From: Alphaproteobacteria bacterium
GTDB taxonomy: Bacteria > Pseudomonadota > Alphaproteobacteria > MPNO01
Length of the DNA: 64,000 nt
Reading direction: 5' to 3'
Assembly: GCA_965248835.1 (NCBI GenBank)
Contig: CBDFLJ010000002.1
Span: 160,001 to 224,000 of the forward strand
Shown: positions 12,493 to 24,120 of the stretch, piece by piece
How positions within the stretch are numbered: position 1 is the stretch's first letter
How the letters are laid out: the number at the start of each line of letters is the position of its first letter
Made by a program: the position numbers and the translations under genes
The notes under the pieces: model-generated
The model's database searches: none
Seen by the model: the letters and a program-made list of their open reading frames with translations, nothing else
Told to the model about the DNA's origin: nothing

Positions 12493-12873
12493 ATGAATGT
12501 CGATTACGTCAACGGCGACTCCGAGAAAATCACCGGCTATCACGCCCACATCTATTACGACGCCGAGACCCGCGAGACCGCCGCCCGGCTGCGCCAGGAA
12601 ATCTGGCGCAAGTGGGAGTTCGCCGTCACCATGGGCCGGTTCCGCGACCGCCCGGTCGGCCCGCACCCCGAATGGATGTTCCAGGTCGCGTTCGACAAGG
12701 ACCTGTTCGCCGAGATCGTGCCCTGGCTGATGTACAACCGCGACGGGCTGGTGATCCTTGTCCACCCCGAGGCCGGAGACGCCTACGACGACCACGCCCA
12801 CTACCCGTTGTGGCTGGGCGGCCGCTACGATCTCAGGCTGGGGTTCCTGGCCGCCGGCAACAGCCAGGCCTGA
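12493..12873 (+). CDS. DOPA 4,5-dioxygenase family protein
   Basis: YHAHIYYD, PVGPHP, LVHPE..DH..WLG; GAGGA RBS. Confidence 0.85.
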   Translation: MNVDYVNGDSEKITGYHAHIYYDAETRETAARLRQEIWRKWEFAVTMGRFRDRPVGPHPEWMFQVAFDKDLFAEIVPWLMYNRDGLVILVHPEAGDAYDDHAHYPLWLGGRYDLRLGFLAAGNSQA

Positions 12874-12909
12874 GACACAAGACCCCTCGGCTTCGGCAGG
12901 AGTTTCGGT

Positions 12910-14055
12910 TCAGATCGTGCGCTGACCGGCGGTCCGCAGGCACCGGGCAAGCACCAGTGCGCCGAGCCCGCCGGCCGCCGACAGGGAGGTCATCGCGAGG
13001 AAGGCGGTCGCCGGGGCCGCGGCATCGAACAGCGTACCGCCGAGGATTGTCGCACCGCCCATCACCAGACCCATCGCGACGCCGGCATACAGCGCCTGGG
13101 CGCTGGCCGAATGCTCTGGCGCGACCGCACGGGCGAGGAACAGCATCGCACCCAGATGGGCCGCGCCGAAGCTCAACGCATGGAGCGCCTGGGATGCGGC
13201 GAGGACCGGAAGCGCCGGCGAAAGCGCCAGCACCGACCAGCGGATGATCCCGGCAACCGCACCGATCACAAGGAGCCGGGCCGGGCCCAGCCGGGCTGCC
13301 AGCGCGCCGCCGAAGGCGAACAGGATGATCTCGGCCAGCACGCCCTCGGCCCACAGAAGCCCGATCACCTGGTCGTCGATCCCGGCCGCGCGCCAGGCGA
13401 GCGTGGCGAATCCGTAATAGGCGGCGTGGCTTGCCTGAATCAACGAGGACGCGGCCAGGAAGACCAGCATCGTCGGGCTCGCGAGAAGCGAAGCGATCGG
13501 CACGCGGCGCCGGGCCGGCGGCGGGCGCGTATCGGGCAGCGTGAGCGCCGCGAGCACGCCCAGCGCAAGGCTCGCAAGCACCATGGTCAGGATCACCGGC
13601 GGACCCGTCCCACCCAGGAGGCGCCCGCCGAGCGTCGCGCCTGCGATAAAGGCGATCGAGCCCCACAGCCGTACCCTGCCGTAGTCGATGCGCCCCGCGC
13701 GGGCAAGCAGCAGGGCAAGGTTCTCGCCCATCGGGATGATCGGGGTGAACGCGACCGCCGCCAGGATGCTGATCGCCAGCAGGGCGGCAAACCCCTCCGC
13801 CGCCAGGAACAGCAGGTGGACCGCGAACGCGGCCACCGCCAACAGGACCATGACCTGCTTGCGCTCGCCCCGCCGGTCCGCGACATGGGCAACCAGTGCG
13901 GGCACCGCGATGCGGACCCAGGTGCCGGCGGTGATCAACAGCCCGATCTGCGCCGCATCCAACCCCTTGTCAGCCAGCCAGACCGGCCAGAACGGCAGCG
14001 AGACGCCGACGAAGCCGAACGCCGCGGCGTAGAAGAACGCAAGGCGCAACGCCAT
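12910..14055 (-). CDS. MFS transporter (HcaT-like)
   Basis: Many hydrophobic segments; LPFWPVWL, YGRVRLWGS, GVLAEI, LHALSFGAAH. Confidence 0.85.
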   Translation of the reverse strand: MALRLAFFYAAAFGFVGVSLPFWPVWLADKGLDAAQIGLLITAGTWVRIAVPALVAHVADRRGERKQVMVLLAVAAFAVHLLFLAAEGFAALLAISILAAVAFTPIIPMGENLALLLARAGRIDYGRVRLWGSIAFIAGATLGGRLLGGTGPPVILTMVLASLALGVLAALTLPDTRPPPARRRVPIASLLASPTMLVFLAASSLIQASHAAYYGFATLAWRAAGIDDQVIGLLWAEGVLAEIILFAFGGALAARLGPARLLVIGAVAGIIRWSVLALSPALPVLAASQALHALSFGAAHLGAMLFLARAVAPEHSASAQALYAGVAMGLVMGGATILGGTLFDAAAPATAFLAMTSLSAAGGLGALVLARCLRTAGQRTI

Positions 14056-14152
14056 CGCCGATCCCGTCCAGACTGCCCGGCGCCGATTTCACTCGATCGG
14101 CGCGCCAACTATAGTGGTCCCGACGCGCACCCACGCGCACCGGAGGTCCCCC

Positions 14153-15901
14153 ATGCCACAGCAAACCATCCAGGTCGATAGCCTGGCCGAAGCCTATCTC
14201 AGCCTTCTCCGCGACCGTGGAGTCGACTACCTGTTCGGCAACGCCGGCACCGACTTCGCCACGGTGATCGAGGCGCTTTCGAAGTCGGTCATGGAGGGCA
14301 CGCAAGCGCCGGTGCCGGTCACCGTACCGCACGAGAACCTCGCGGTCTCGATGGCGCACGGCTATTTCCTGGCGACCGGCCGGCCGCAGGCGGTGATGGT
14401 CCATGTCAATGTCGGCACCGCCAATGGCATCTGCGGCATCATGAACGCCGCGCGCGAGAACGTGCCGATCATTTTCACCTCCGGCCGGACGCCGTTGACC
14501 GAGGAAGGCGCGCCGGGCGCGCGGTCGATTTACATCCACTGGGGGCAGGAGATGTTCGATCAGGCCGGCGTGGTGCGCGAGATGGTCAAGTGGGACTACG
14601 AGCTGCGCAACGCCCGCCAGCTCGAGACCATCGTCGACCGCGCGGTCACGGTGGCGATGAGCGAGCCGCGCGGGCCGGTTTACCTGACCCTGCCGCGCGA
14701 AGTGCTGGCCGAGAAACCGGACGGGTTCACCTTCCAATCGCCCACTCGGCGCCAGGCGGCGACCCCGCCCGCCGCCGACCCCGACGCGATCGACCGATGC
14801 GCGGACTGGATCGCCGCGGCCAAAAACCCATTGATCATCACCGCCAGCAACGGTCAGGACCGGACCAGCACGGACGCGCTCGGCGCGCTTGCCGAGCGCT
14901 TCGCGCTGCCGGTGGTGAGCTACCGGCCGCGTTATGTCTGTCTGCCGAGCGATCATCCGATGCATGTCGGCTTCGAGCCCGGCGCGCTGATCCAGGACGC
15001 CGATCTGATCCTGGTGCTCGACTGCGACGTGCCGTGGATCCCGAGCCTGCACACGCCGAATCCGGACGCCAAAATCGTCCAGATCGGCGTCGATCCGCTG
15101 TTCAGCAAGTATCCGGTGCGCGGGTTCCCCTGCGATCTCGCGATCACCGCGGCGACCGGCGGGGCACTGCGGGCGCTAGCCGAGGCGATCGAGGTGCGCG
15201 GCAAGCCGGGGGCGGCGCGCATCGGTGCAAGGCGCAAACGCGCCGCTGCGTTGCGCGCCGGGCTGGCCGAGGCCAGCGCTGCCCGGCTTGAGGCCGGGCG
15301 CGCCGGCGGGACACCGGACGCAGCCTGGATCGCCCACTGCCTCGACGAGGTCAAGGGCGAGGACGATGCGCTGGTCAGCGAATCCCAGCTCTCTCTCGGC
15401 AACATCTCGCTGACCAGGCCCGGCACGTTCTTCGCCACCAGCCCGTCGGGCGGGCTCGGTTGGGGGCTCGGCGCCGCACTCGGGGTCAAGCTCGGCTACG
15501 GCGACCGGCGGGTGTTCTGCGTCGTCGGCGACGGCTCCTACATGTTCGGCAACCCCACCCCGGCCCATTTCGTGTCCGCGGCCAACGACCTGCCGACTTT
15601 GACGGTGATCATGAACAACCGCATGTGGGGATCGGTCCGCAAGGCGACCCTCGGCCTCCACCCCGACGGCGCCGCATCCCGGATCAACCGGGCACCGTTG
15701 ACCTATCTGGAACCGGCGCCGGCCTACCACCAGGTCGTTGCGGCCTCCGGCGGGTATGGCGAGGAGGTCGGCGAGGCGCATGCGCTGCCCGGCGCGCTCG
15801 AGCGCGCGCTCAAGGCGGTCGATGTCGAGAAGCGCCAGGCAGTGCTGAACGTCCATACCAGCTACGACGACTCCGCGGCGCTCGCCGATGCCAAGCGCTG
15901 A
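14153..15901 (+). CDS. ThDP-requiring enzyme (acetolactate synthase-like family)
   Basis: FGNAGTDF, PHENLAVSMAHGY, VGDGSYMFGNP...NN; GGAGG RBS. Confidence 0.9.
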   Translation: MPQQTIQVDSLAEAYLSLLRDRGVDYLFGNAGTDFATVIEALSKSVMEGTQAPVPVTVPHENLAVSMAHGYFLATGRPQAVMVHVNVGTANGICGIMNAARENVPIIFTSGRTPLTEEGAPGARSIYIHWGQEMFDQAGVVREMVKWDYELRNARQLETIVDRAVTVAMSEPRGPVYLTLPREVLAEKPDGFTFQSPTRRQAATPPAADPDAIDRCADWIAAAKNPLIITASNGQDRTSTDALGALAERFALPVVSYRPRYVCLPSDHPMHVGFEPGALIQDADLILVLDCDVPWIPSLHTPNPDAKIVQIGVDPLFSKYPVRGFPCDLAITAATGGALRALAEAIEVRGKPGAARIGARRKRAAALRAGLAEASAARLEAGRAGGTPDAAWIAHCLDEVKGEDDALVSESQLSLGNISLTRPGTFFATSPSGGLGWGLGAALGVKLGYGDRRVFCVVGDGSYMFGNPTPAHFVSAANDLPTLTVIMNNRMWGSVRKATLGLHPDGAASRINRAPLTYLEPAPAYHQVVAASGGYGEEVGEAHALPGALERALKAVDVEKRQAVLNVHTSYDDSAALADAKR

Positions 15902-17063
15902 CCGGCTCAACGCGGTCCTCGATCGCCTCGCCGATCACCCGTTCTACGCCAGCCGGCTACCGAGGAGCGTCACCGACGAGGCCGAGTTCGCCGCAGCGGT
16001 CCCGCTGATGTCCCGGCCCGATCTGGTGGCCGAGATGGCCAAGCCGGGCTATGGCGCCTTCGGCGACGCAGGCGCGGTGCGTATCAACATGACGCCGATG
16101 GGCACGGGTCTGGTCCCGGTCCTTCAGACCCGTGCGGACCTCGACCACCTGGTCGCGGCCTGCGGTACGCATCTGGCGGCCTGCGGGATCCAGCCGGGCG
16201 ATGTCTGCGCGGTCACCTTCGGCTACCACCTGTTCGTCGCCGGCCTGTTCTACCAGACCCAGATGGAGGCGCATGGCATCGCCTGCATCCCGCTCGGCCC
16301 TGGCGACGCCGAGCGGTCGGCGGCGATCTGCCGCGACCACGGGGTGAGCGTTCTGGCCGGCAATCCGAGTTTCGCGCTGCGGCTGATCGACACCGGCATG
16401 CCGCCGCCCAGGGTCTTCTTCGCCGGCGGTGAGGCGTTCACCGGCAACGCCGCGCTTCATGCCGCGGTCCGGGCGGCGATGCCGGGAACGATCCTGGTCG
16501 ATTCGTTCTCGCTGTCGGAGTTCCTGCCGGTCGGCCGGACGTTTCCCGGCGGCACGGGCGTCCACGTCTTCGACGAGCTGGTCCATGCCGAGGTGATCGA
16601 GCCCGAGACCGGCGCGCCGGTGGCCGATGGCGAGCGGGGCGAGCTGGTGCTGACCCACCTGGTCAAGGAGGCCCAGCCGCTGGTGCGTTACCGCACCGGC
16701 GATCTGACGCTGAAACGGACGACCGAGCCGGTCCATGGCCGCACCGTCAATCTGCCGCGGGTGGTGTTCGGCCGGACCGACGAGATGGTCAAGGTCAAGG
16801 GCGTGAAAGTCTACCCTTCGGAGATCCGGGCCGTTCTGCTAGGCCTCGACGGGCTCAGCGGGCGCTACCGCCTGACGGTCGAGGCGCCGTCCGGCCGCGA
16901 CCGGCTGGCGCTCCTGCTCGAAGGCAGCGGCGGCGAGGACACGCTGGCGGAGGTCGCCCGGCGGTTCAAGGGCCAGACCCTGATCGCCGCCGACGAGATC
17001 ACTCTCGCCGATGCCGTGGAAGACGGCCCCGACATGATCGACCGGCGGACGGGCGGCCCGTGA
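15888..17063 (+). CDS. Divergent phenylacetate-CoA ligase family protein
   Basis: GELVLTHL..QPLVRYRTGDL and GRTDEMVKVKGVKVYP; P-loop region degenerate (RINMTPMGTG). Confidence 0.75.
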   Translation: MPSADRLNAVLDRLADHPFYASRLPRSVTDEAEFAAAVPLMSRPDLVAEMAKPGYGAFGDAGAVRINMTPMGTGLVPVLQTRADLDHLVAACGTHLAACGIQPGDVCAVTFGYHLFVAGLFYQTQMEAHGIACIPLGPGDAERSAAICRDHGVSVLAGNPSFALRLIDTGMPPPRVFFAGGEAFTGNAALHAAVRAAMPGTILVDSFSLSEFLPVGRTFPGGTGVHVFDELVHAEVIEPETGAPVADGERGELVLTHLVKEAQPLVRYRTGDLTLKRTTEPVHGRTVNLPRVVFGRTDEMVKVKGVKVYPSEIRAVLLGLDGLSGRYRLTVEAPSGRDRLALLLEGSGGEDTLAEVARRFKGQTLIAADEITLADAVEDGPDMIDRRTGGP

Positions 17064-18172
17064 GCGGCTGGCGGCTGGTTGTCGATCGGGGCTCCTATGC
17101 GGATTTCTCGATCTCGGTCTCGCCGGCGGTCGAGAAGGCGGTGGTGCGCGGCGAGTCCCCGCCGACCGTCTTCCTGACCGTCTTCGATTCGGATTCGATC
17201 ACCATCGGCGTCAACGAGGACCCCGAGCAGGTTCTCGACCTCGCCTTCTGTCGCAAGCACGGCATCAACTTCCGCCGAAGGGTGAACGGCGGCGGTCCGA
17301 TCTATGCCGGTGCCGGCTCGTGCTTCCTGGTGTTCTTCCTGCCGGTCACCCACCCGGAAGTGCCCGAGACCACCGCGGAGGCCTTTCCCAAGCTGCTCGG
17401 CGCCGTCGCCGAGGTGTTTGCCGAGCGTTACGGGTTTCCCGCCGAATACCGCCCGCTCAACGACATCCAGGTCGAAGGCCGCAAGCTGGTGCCGACCTCG
17501 CTGAAGATCGAGAACGGCGTGATGACCTTCCGCATCGTCATCAACGTCAAGCCGATCGATACCGTGCTCGCCGGCAAGGCGATGCCGATGGCACCGGAGA
17601 AGGTCCGCGACAAGCCGCTCAAGGACCTGACCGCCCGGTTCACCTGGCTGGAGCGCGAGGCGGGCCGCAAGATCGACGCCGACGAGCTCGCGGAGTTCTC
17701 GATTGCCGCGACCGCGCGCACGTTCGGCGAGACCGGGCTGGTGCGCGACCGGCTGTCGGAGCGCGAGCTGGGATATGCCAAGGCTTTCCGGGCCGAGCTC
17801 GCGACCGAAGAATGGCTCTATGGCAAGTCCGAAAGCACCCGGCTGGCCGGCCTGCTCCGGCCCGGCGATACCATCGGCCGCGGCCGCGAGAAGGCGGTGG
17901 GCGGCATGATCTGGGCCACCCTTGCGGTCGGCGCGGGGCTGGTGCGCGCGGCGATCATCAACGGCGACTGGCACCCGCGGCCGATCGGCTCCGTCGCCTG
18001 GCTCGAAGACGCGCTGACAGGAACCCAAGCCGCGCCCGGCCCGTTGCGCGCCGCTGTGGAGGGGTTCCTTGCGCGCGGCGAGGTCGAGTTCGCCGGTGTT
18101 ACGGCCGAGGACCTGATGGCGGCGCTGCAAAAAGCCCTCGATGATCAGACACCCGCCGGAGGCCCGCCCTGA
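17060..18172 (+). CDS. Lipoate-protein ligase A-like protein with LplA C-terminal domain
   Basis: RRVNGGGPIY, PLNDIQVEGRKL, C-terminal KAVGGMI...INGDW..RP; GTGA overlap. Confidence 0.8.
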   Translation: MSGWRLVVDRGSYADFSISVSPAVEKAVVRGESPPTVFLTVFDSDSITIGVNEDPEQVLDLAFCRKHGINFRRRVNGGGPIYAGAGSCFLVFFLPVTHPEVPETTAEAFPKLLGAVAEVFAERYGFPAEYRPLNDIQVEGRKLVPTSLKIENGVMTFRIVINVKPIDTVLAGKAMPMAPEKVRDKPLKDLTARFTWLEREAGRKIDADELAEFSIAATARTFGETGLVRDRLSERELGYAKAFRAELATEEWLYGKSESTRLAGLLRPGDTIGRGREKAVGGMIWATLAVGAGLVRAAIINGDWHPRPIGSVAWLEDALTGTQAAPGPLRAAVEGFLARGEVEFAGVTAEDLMAALQKALDDQTPAGGPP

Positions 18173-18600
18173 GGGATGATGCACATGGCGCCTACGCGAT
18201 CGTGATCGCGCTCGATCGACCGGCGCGGCTCGCGATTCCGCGCCTCGGTTCGCCGATCCTGACCGCCGGTCTGTACCTCTATGCCGGCAGCGCGTGGGGA
18301 CCCGGCGGTATCGCGGCACGGCTCGGCCGCCACCTGCGGCGCACCGGCCGGCTTCACTGGCATGTCGACCACCTGATCGCTGCCGGCACCATCGAAGCAA
18401 CGGTCGCTTGGCCCGGCGCGCGCGAATGCGAGATCCTCGCCCGGGCGCTCGCCGGCGCCGCTGCTTCCGTGCCGGTGCCGCGCTTCGGTGCCAGCGATTG
18501 CCGGACCTGTCCCGCCCACCTGCTGGCGGTCGACCGCGCGCTTGTCCGGGCTTTGCGGAACCATGATGGCGCATGTTCAACGGGAGGGCTTGTACAATGA
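18169..18600 (+). CDS. DUF123 / GIY-YIG superfamily nuclease-like protein (probable CTG start)
   Basis: GAYAIVI...YLYAGSAWGPGGIAARLGRH...HWHVDHL...EC...FGASDC..C.AHL; GGAGG 6 nt before CTG at 18169. Confidence 0.75.
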   Translation: MRDDAHGAYAIVIALDRPARLAIPRLGSPILTAGLYLYAGSAWGPGGIAARLGRHLRRTGRLHWHVDHLIAAGTIEATVAWPGARECEILARALAGAAASVPVPRFGASDCRTCPAHLLAVDRALVRALRNHDGACSTGGLVQ

Positions 18601-19379
18601 CCGAAAAACCGGCGGTCTTGACCATCGAGCGGCCGGAGACCGGGATCGTCCGCATCGGGCTCAACCGGCCGGAGAAGCGCAACGCGCTGGACCCCGAGCT
18701 CCGCCTGGCGCTGATCGAGGCGCTGGCTCAGGCGGCAACCGATGAGACCGTGCACGCGATCATGCTGGCCGGCAATGGCGGGCATTTCTGCGCCGGCGGG
18801 GATATCGCCTCGATGAGCGGGCTCGATCCGCGTTCGGGGCGGGCGCGGATGAAGTCGAACCACCGGATGGTCCGGCTGATCGCCGACTCCGAAAAGCCGG
18901 TCGTCGCCGCGGTCGAAGGCTATGCGGTGGGTGCCGGCGCAGGCCTCGCGCTGCTCGCCGACACGGTGGTGTTGGCCGAGACCGGGGCGATCGGCTTTCC
19001 GTTCTTCAAGGTCGGGCTGGTGCCCGACTACGGCATCCTGTTTTCGCTGCCCCGCCGCGTCGGCCAGGCGCGGGCGCGCCAGATCCTGCTCTATGCCCGT
19101 ATGCTGCGCGGCCGCGATGCGCTGGAGGCGGGGCTTGCCGACGAGATCGCACCGGAGGGCGGGTCCGAGGCGCTGGCGCTCGAGCGCGCGCGTGAACTGG
19201 CTGCGATGCCGGCCTACGCCTTCGCGCTGTGCAAGCGTCAGATCGGGCTCGCGCCGGTGAGCCTCGATGCGGCGCTCGAGATGGAGGCGTTGGCTCAGGC
19301 CTCGTGCTTCGCGACCGAGGACTTCAGCGAGGGCAAGGCGGCCTTCGCCGAAAAGCGCGCGCCCGATTTCCGGCGCTGA
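18597..19379 (+). CDS. Enoyl-CoA hydratase/isomerase (PaaG-like)
   Basis: LNRPEKRNAL, FCAGGDI, GLVPDYG, EGKAAFAEKRAP. Confidence 0.85.
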   Translation: MTEKPAVLTIERPETGIVRIGLNRPEKRNALDPELRLALIEALAQAATDETVHAIMLAGNGGHFCAGGDIASMSGLDPRSGRARMKSNHRMVRLIADSEKPVVAAVEGYAVGAGAGLALLADTVVLAETGAIGFPFFKVGLVPDYGILFSLPRRVGQARARQILLYARMLRGRDALEAGLADEIAPEGGSEALALERARELAAMPAYAFALCKRQIGLAPVSLDAALEMEALAQASCFATEDFSEGKAAFAEKRAPDFRR

Positions 19380-19393
19380 AGGAGGGACAAGCC

Positions 19394-20923
19394 ATGGCGG
19401 TCGACCCGCACTCGCCCGACCTCGTGATCGGCGTCGTCGGCACCGGAACCATGGGCCGCGGGATCGCCCAGATCGCTGCCGCCGCCGGCTACCGCGTGCT
19501 GATCTTCGATTCCCGCGATGGCGCCGCGGCCGAGGCGTCGGACTTCATCGCCCGCATGCTGCGCCGCGCGGCCGAGAAGGGATCGATGTCCGAAGCCGAT
19601 GCCGAGGCCGGGATCGCCCGGATTGCGATCGTTGACGGCTTCGGCGCGCTTGCCCCGTGTGACGTCGTGGTCGAGGCGATCGTCGAGGATCTGGAAGCCA
19701 AGCAGGCCCTGTTCGGCGCGCTCGAAGCCATCGTTTCCGGGCACTGCATCCTCGCGTCCAACACCTCCTCTCTGTCGGTCACCGCGATCGCGGCCGGCTG
19801 CAAGTCGCCGGGCCGGGTCGCCGGCTACCACTTCTTCAACCCGGTCCCGCTGCTCAAGGTGGTCGAGGTGGTCGACGGGCTGCTGACCGAGCCCTATGTC
19901 GGCGAGACTCTCGATGCCATCGCGCGGGCTTGCGGACACAACCCGGTGCGCGCCAAGGACAGCCCGGGCTTCCTGGTCAACCATGCCGGGCGCGGCTTCT
20001 ATACCGAGGGGCTGCGGATCGTCCAGGAGGGCATCGCCGATCCCCAGACCGTCGATGAGATCCTGCGCGAGGGCGGCACACGGTTCCGTATGGGTCCGTT
20101 CGAGCTTATGGACACTACCGGGCTCGACGTCTCGGGCGTCGTGATGGAATCGATCTATCACCAGTTCTACGGTGAGCCGCGCTTCCGCCCCGTTGCGCTG
20201 ACCCGCCAGCGCATGGCGGCCGGGTTGTTCGGGCGCAAGAACGGGCGCGGCTATTACGTCTACCAGGACAACAAGAAGATCGTCTCGCCGCCGCCGCCGG
20301 TGCCCGATGCGCGGCCCAAGGCGGTCTGGGTCAGCCCGACCGAGCCGGCCGGCCAGGAAGCCGTGATGTCGGTAATCGCCGAGATCGCATCGATCGAAAG
20401 CGGCGCAGCACCCGGGCCCGAGACCCTGTGCCTGATCACGCCGCTCGGCCAGGACGCGACGACGACAGCCCTTTCTCAAGGGCTCGCGCCCGAGCGGACC
20501 GTCGCGGTCGATACCGCCTTCGGGCTGGCGGGCCGGCGGACGCTGATGACCACGCCGGTGACCGATCCCGGCTTCCGCGACCAGGCCCATGCGCTGTTCG
20601 CCGCCGACGGCACGCCGGTGAGCGTCATCCACGACAGCCCGGGCTTCGTCGCCCAGAGGGTGATCGCCACGATCGTCAATATCGGCTGCGAGATCGCCCA
20701 GCAGCGCATCGCCACGCCGATGGACATCAACATGGCGGTCGAGCTCGGCCTCGCCTACCCGCGCGGGCCGATCGCCTGGGGCGACCACCTGGGGCCGGCC
20801 CGCGTGCTCGCGATTCTGGAAGCGCTATGGTCGTTCTACAGGGACCCGCGCTACCGCTCCAGCCCCTGGCTGATCCGCCGCGCCAGGCTCGGCGTTCCGC
20901 TGACCACCGCGGAAGCGGAATAG
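19394..20923 (+). CDS. 3-hydroxyacyl-CoA dehydrogenase (PaaH-like, duplicated C-terminal domain)
   Basis: GTGTMGRGIA, EAIVEDL, SNTSSLS, HFFNPVP, two DSPGF motifs. Confidence 0.9.
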   Translation: MAVDPHSPDLVIGVVGTGTMGRGIAQIAAAAGYRVLIFDSRDGAAAEASDFIARMLRRAAEKGSMSEADAEAGIARIAIVDGFGALAPCDVVVEAIVEDLEAKQALFGALEAIVSGHCILASNTSSLSVTAIAAGCKSPGRVAGYHFFNPVPLLKVVEVVDGLLTEPYVGETLDAIARACGHNPVRAKDSPGFLVNHAGRGFYTEGLRIVQEGIADPQTVDEILREGGTRFRMGPFELMDTTGLDVSGVVMESIYHQFYGEPRFRPVALTRQRMAAGLFGRKNGRGYYVYQDNKKIVSPPPPVPDARPKAVWVSPTEPAGQEAVMSVIAEIASIESGAAPGPETLCLITPLGQDATTTALSQGLAPERTVAVDTAFGLAGRRTLMTTPVTDPGFRDQAHALFAADGTPVSVIHDSPGFVAQRVIATIVNIGCEIAQQRIATPMDINMAVELGLAYPRGPIAWGDHLGPARVLAILEALWSFYRDPRYRSSPWLIRRARLGVPLTTAEAE

Positions 20924-21080
20924 GCCCACCGGTCTCCGAAAGGGCTTGCATCGGGCGGGCGGCGGGGACACATTGCTGCGCCTTTCCGGGCCGTGATCCG
21001 GCCCATCCAACCCGCGCGCGACCGAGTCCCCGGGCCTGACTTCGGCACAGCCGGGCCCGGACCAGCCAGGGCAGAACCAC

Positions 21081-23090
21081 ATGCCGTCCGCCAACCCTCC
21101 CGCAAGTCCGGTGACGCACGCGCAGATGGCCAACGCGATCCGCGCGCTGGCGATGGATGCGGTCGAAGCGGCCCGGTCCGGCCATCCGGGCATGCCGATG
21201 GGCATGGCCGATGCGGCCACCGTGCTGTTCACACGGTTCCTGAAGTTCGACCCGACGGCGCCGGATTGGCCGGACCGCGACCGCTTCGTGCTGTCGGCCG
21301 GTCACGGGTCGATGCTGCTCTACGCGCTGCTCCACCTGACCGGATATCCGGACATGACCATGGACGAGCTGCGTGCCTTCCGCCAGCTCGGCGCGCGCAC
21401 CGCCGGCCATCCCGAATACGGCCACACGCCGGGAATCGAGACCACGACCGGCCCGCTCGGCCAGGGATTCGCGAATGCGGTCGGCATGGCTCTGGCAGAA
21501 CGGCTGCTGGCGGCCCGGTTCGGCGCGGAGATGGTCGATCACCGCACCTATGCGATCGCCAGCGACGGCGACCTGATGGAGGGGATCAGCCACGAGGCGG
21601 CATCGCTGGCCGGCCATCTCGAGCTCGGCAGGCTGATCGTGCTCTACGACGACAACCACATCTCGATCGACGGGCCGACCGCGCTCGCCCTGGGCGATGA
21701 CGCTCTCGCCCGTTTCGAATCCTATGGCTGGCAGGTCTCCTCCGTCGACGGCCACGATCCGGATGCGGTCGCGGCGGCGATCGAGGCCGCGCAGGTCTGC
21801 GAACAGCCTTCGCTGATCGCCTGCCGGACGACCATCGGGTTCGGCGCGCCGGCCAAGGCGGGCACCGCCGCCGCACACGGTGCGCCGCTGGGTGCGGACG
21901 AGATCGCCGCGACCAGGACGGCGCTGGGCTGGGACTCGCCGCCCTTCGAGGTGCCTGCGGACATCGTGGCCGCGTGGCGCGCGGCAGGCGCGCGCGGCGC
22001 CGCGGACCGCGCCGCGTGGACGGCACGGCTTCAAGCCCAGCCGGCCGCACGCAGGGCCGAATTCACCAGGCTGGCAGAGGGACGGCTGCCCGACGGCTGG
22101 AAGGAGAGGCTTGCCGAAGTCAAGCAGACCGCGCTTGCCGAGGCGCCCAAACGTGCCACGCGCCAGTCCTCGGGGCTGACCCTGGATGCGCTCGCCCCGG
22201 TGATCCCCGAGCTGATCGGCGGTTCGGCCGATCTGACCGGATCGAACAACACGATGCCCAAGGGGGCGGCCATCGTCGGTCCGGGCGACTTCTCCGGTCG
22301 TTACATCCATTACGGCGTGCGCGAGCACGCCATGGCGGGCGCGATGAACGGCATGGCGCTGCACGGCGGGGTGATCCCCTATGGCGGCACCTTCCTGATC
22401 TTCGCCGATTACATGCGGCCGTCCCTGCGCCTGGCCGCGCTGACGGGAAAGCGGGTCATCTTCGTTCTCACCCACGATTCGATCGGGCTCGGCGAGGACG
22501 GACCAACCCATCAGCCGGTCGAACATCTTGCGAGCCTGCGGGCGATGCCCAACGTCCTGGTCCTGCGCCCGGCCGATGCGGTCGAGACCGCGGAATGCTG
22601 GGAGCTGGCGCTGGAGAATGCGTCCGGGCCGTCGGTGCTGGCGCTGACCCGCCAGGGCCTGCCGACGGTCCGCACTGCCGATGCCGGGGAGAACCTGGCG
22701 GCCAGGGGCGGCTATGTCCTCGCCGGCGCCGAGGGCAGCGCGGCGCAGGCGGCAATCCTCGCCACCGGCTCGGAGGTCGAGATCGCGCTCGCCGCGCGGA
22801 CGGCGCTCCAGGCCGGCGGCGTTCCGACCCAGGTGGCCTCGATCCCGTGCCGGGAACTGTTCGACCGGCAGCCGGCGGACTACCGCGAGACGGTTCTGGG
22901 CGGGGCGGCCGTACGCGTCGCCGTCGAGGCGGCGGTCGGCGACGGCTGGGAGCGCTATCTCGGCACGCGCGGGGCGTTCATCGGCATGAGCGGGTTCGGC
23001 GCCTCCGCGCCCTTTGATGCGCTCTATCGGCATTTCGGGATCACGGCGGATGCGGTCGCGGATGCGGCGCGGGCGCTGTTGGCGACTTAG
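21081..23090 (+). CDS. tkt: Transketolase
   Basis: [47 protein letters not shown]. Confidence 0.98.
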   Translation: MPSANPPASPVTHAQMANAIRALAMDAVEAARSGHPGMPMGMADAATVLFTRFLKFDPTAPDWPDRDRFVLSAGHGSMLLYALLHLTGYPDMTMDELRAFRQLGARTAGHPEYGHTPGIETTTGPLGQGFANAVGMALAERLLAARFGAEMVDHRTYAIASDGDLMEGISHEAASLAGHLELGRLIVLYDDNHISIDGPTALALGDDALARFESYGWQVSSVDGHDPDAVAAAIEAAQVCEQPSLIACRTTIGFGAPAKAGTAAAHGAPLGADEIAATRTALGWDSPPFEVPADIVAAWRAAGARGAADRAAWTARLQAQPAARRAEFTRLAEGRLPDGWKERLAEVKQTALAEAPKRATRQSSGLTLDALAPVIPELIGGSADLTGSNNTMPKGAAIVGPGDFSGRYIHYGVREHAMAGAMNGMALHGGVIPYGGTFLIFADYMRPSLRLAALTGKRVIFVLTHDSIGLGEDGPTHQPVEHLASLRAMPNVLVLRPADAVETAECWELALENASGPSVLALTRQGLPTVRTADAGENLAARGGYVLAGAEGSAAQAAILATGSEVEIALAARTALQAGGVPTQVASIPCRELFDRQPADYRETVLGGAAVRVAVEAAVGDGWERYLGTRGAFIGMSGFGASAPFDALYRHFGITADAVADAARALLAT

Positions 23091-23102
23091 ACGGAGGCGA
23101 TC

Positions 23103-24113
<1,011 letters not shown>

Positions 24114-24120
24114 GACCGCG

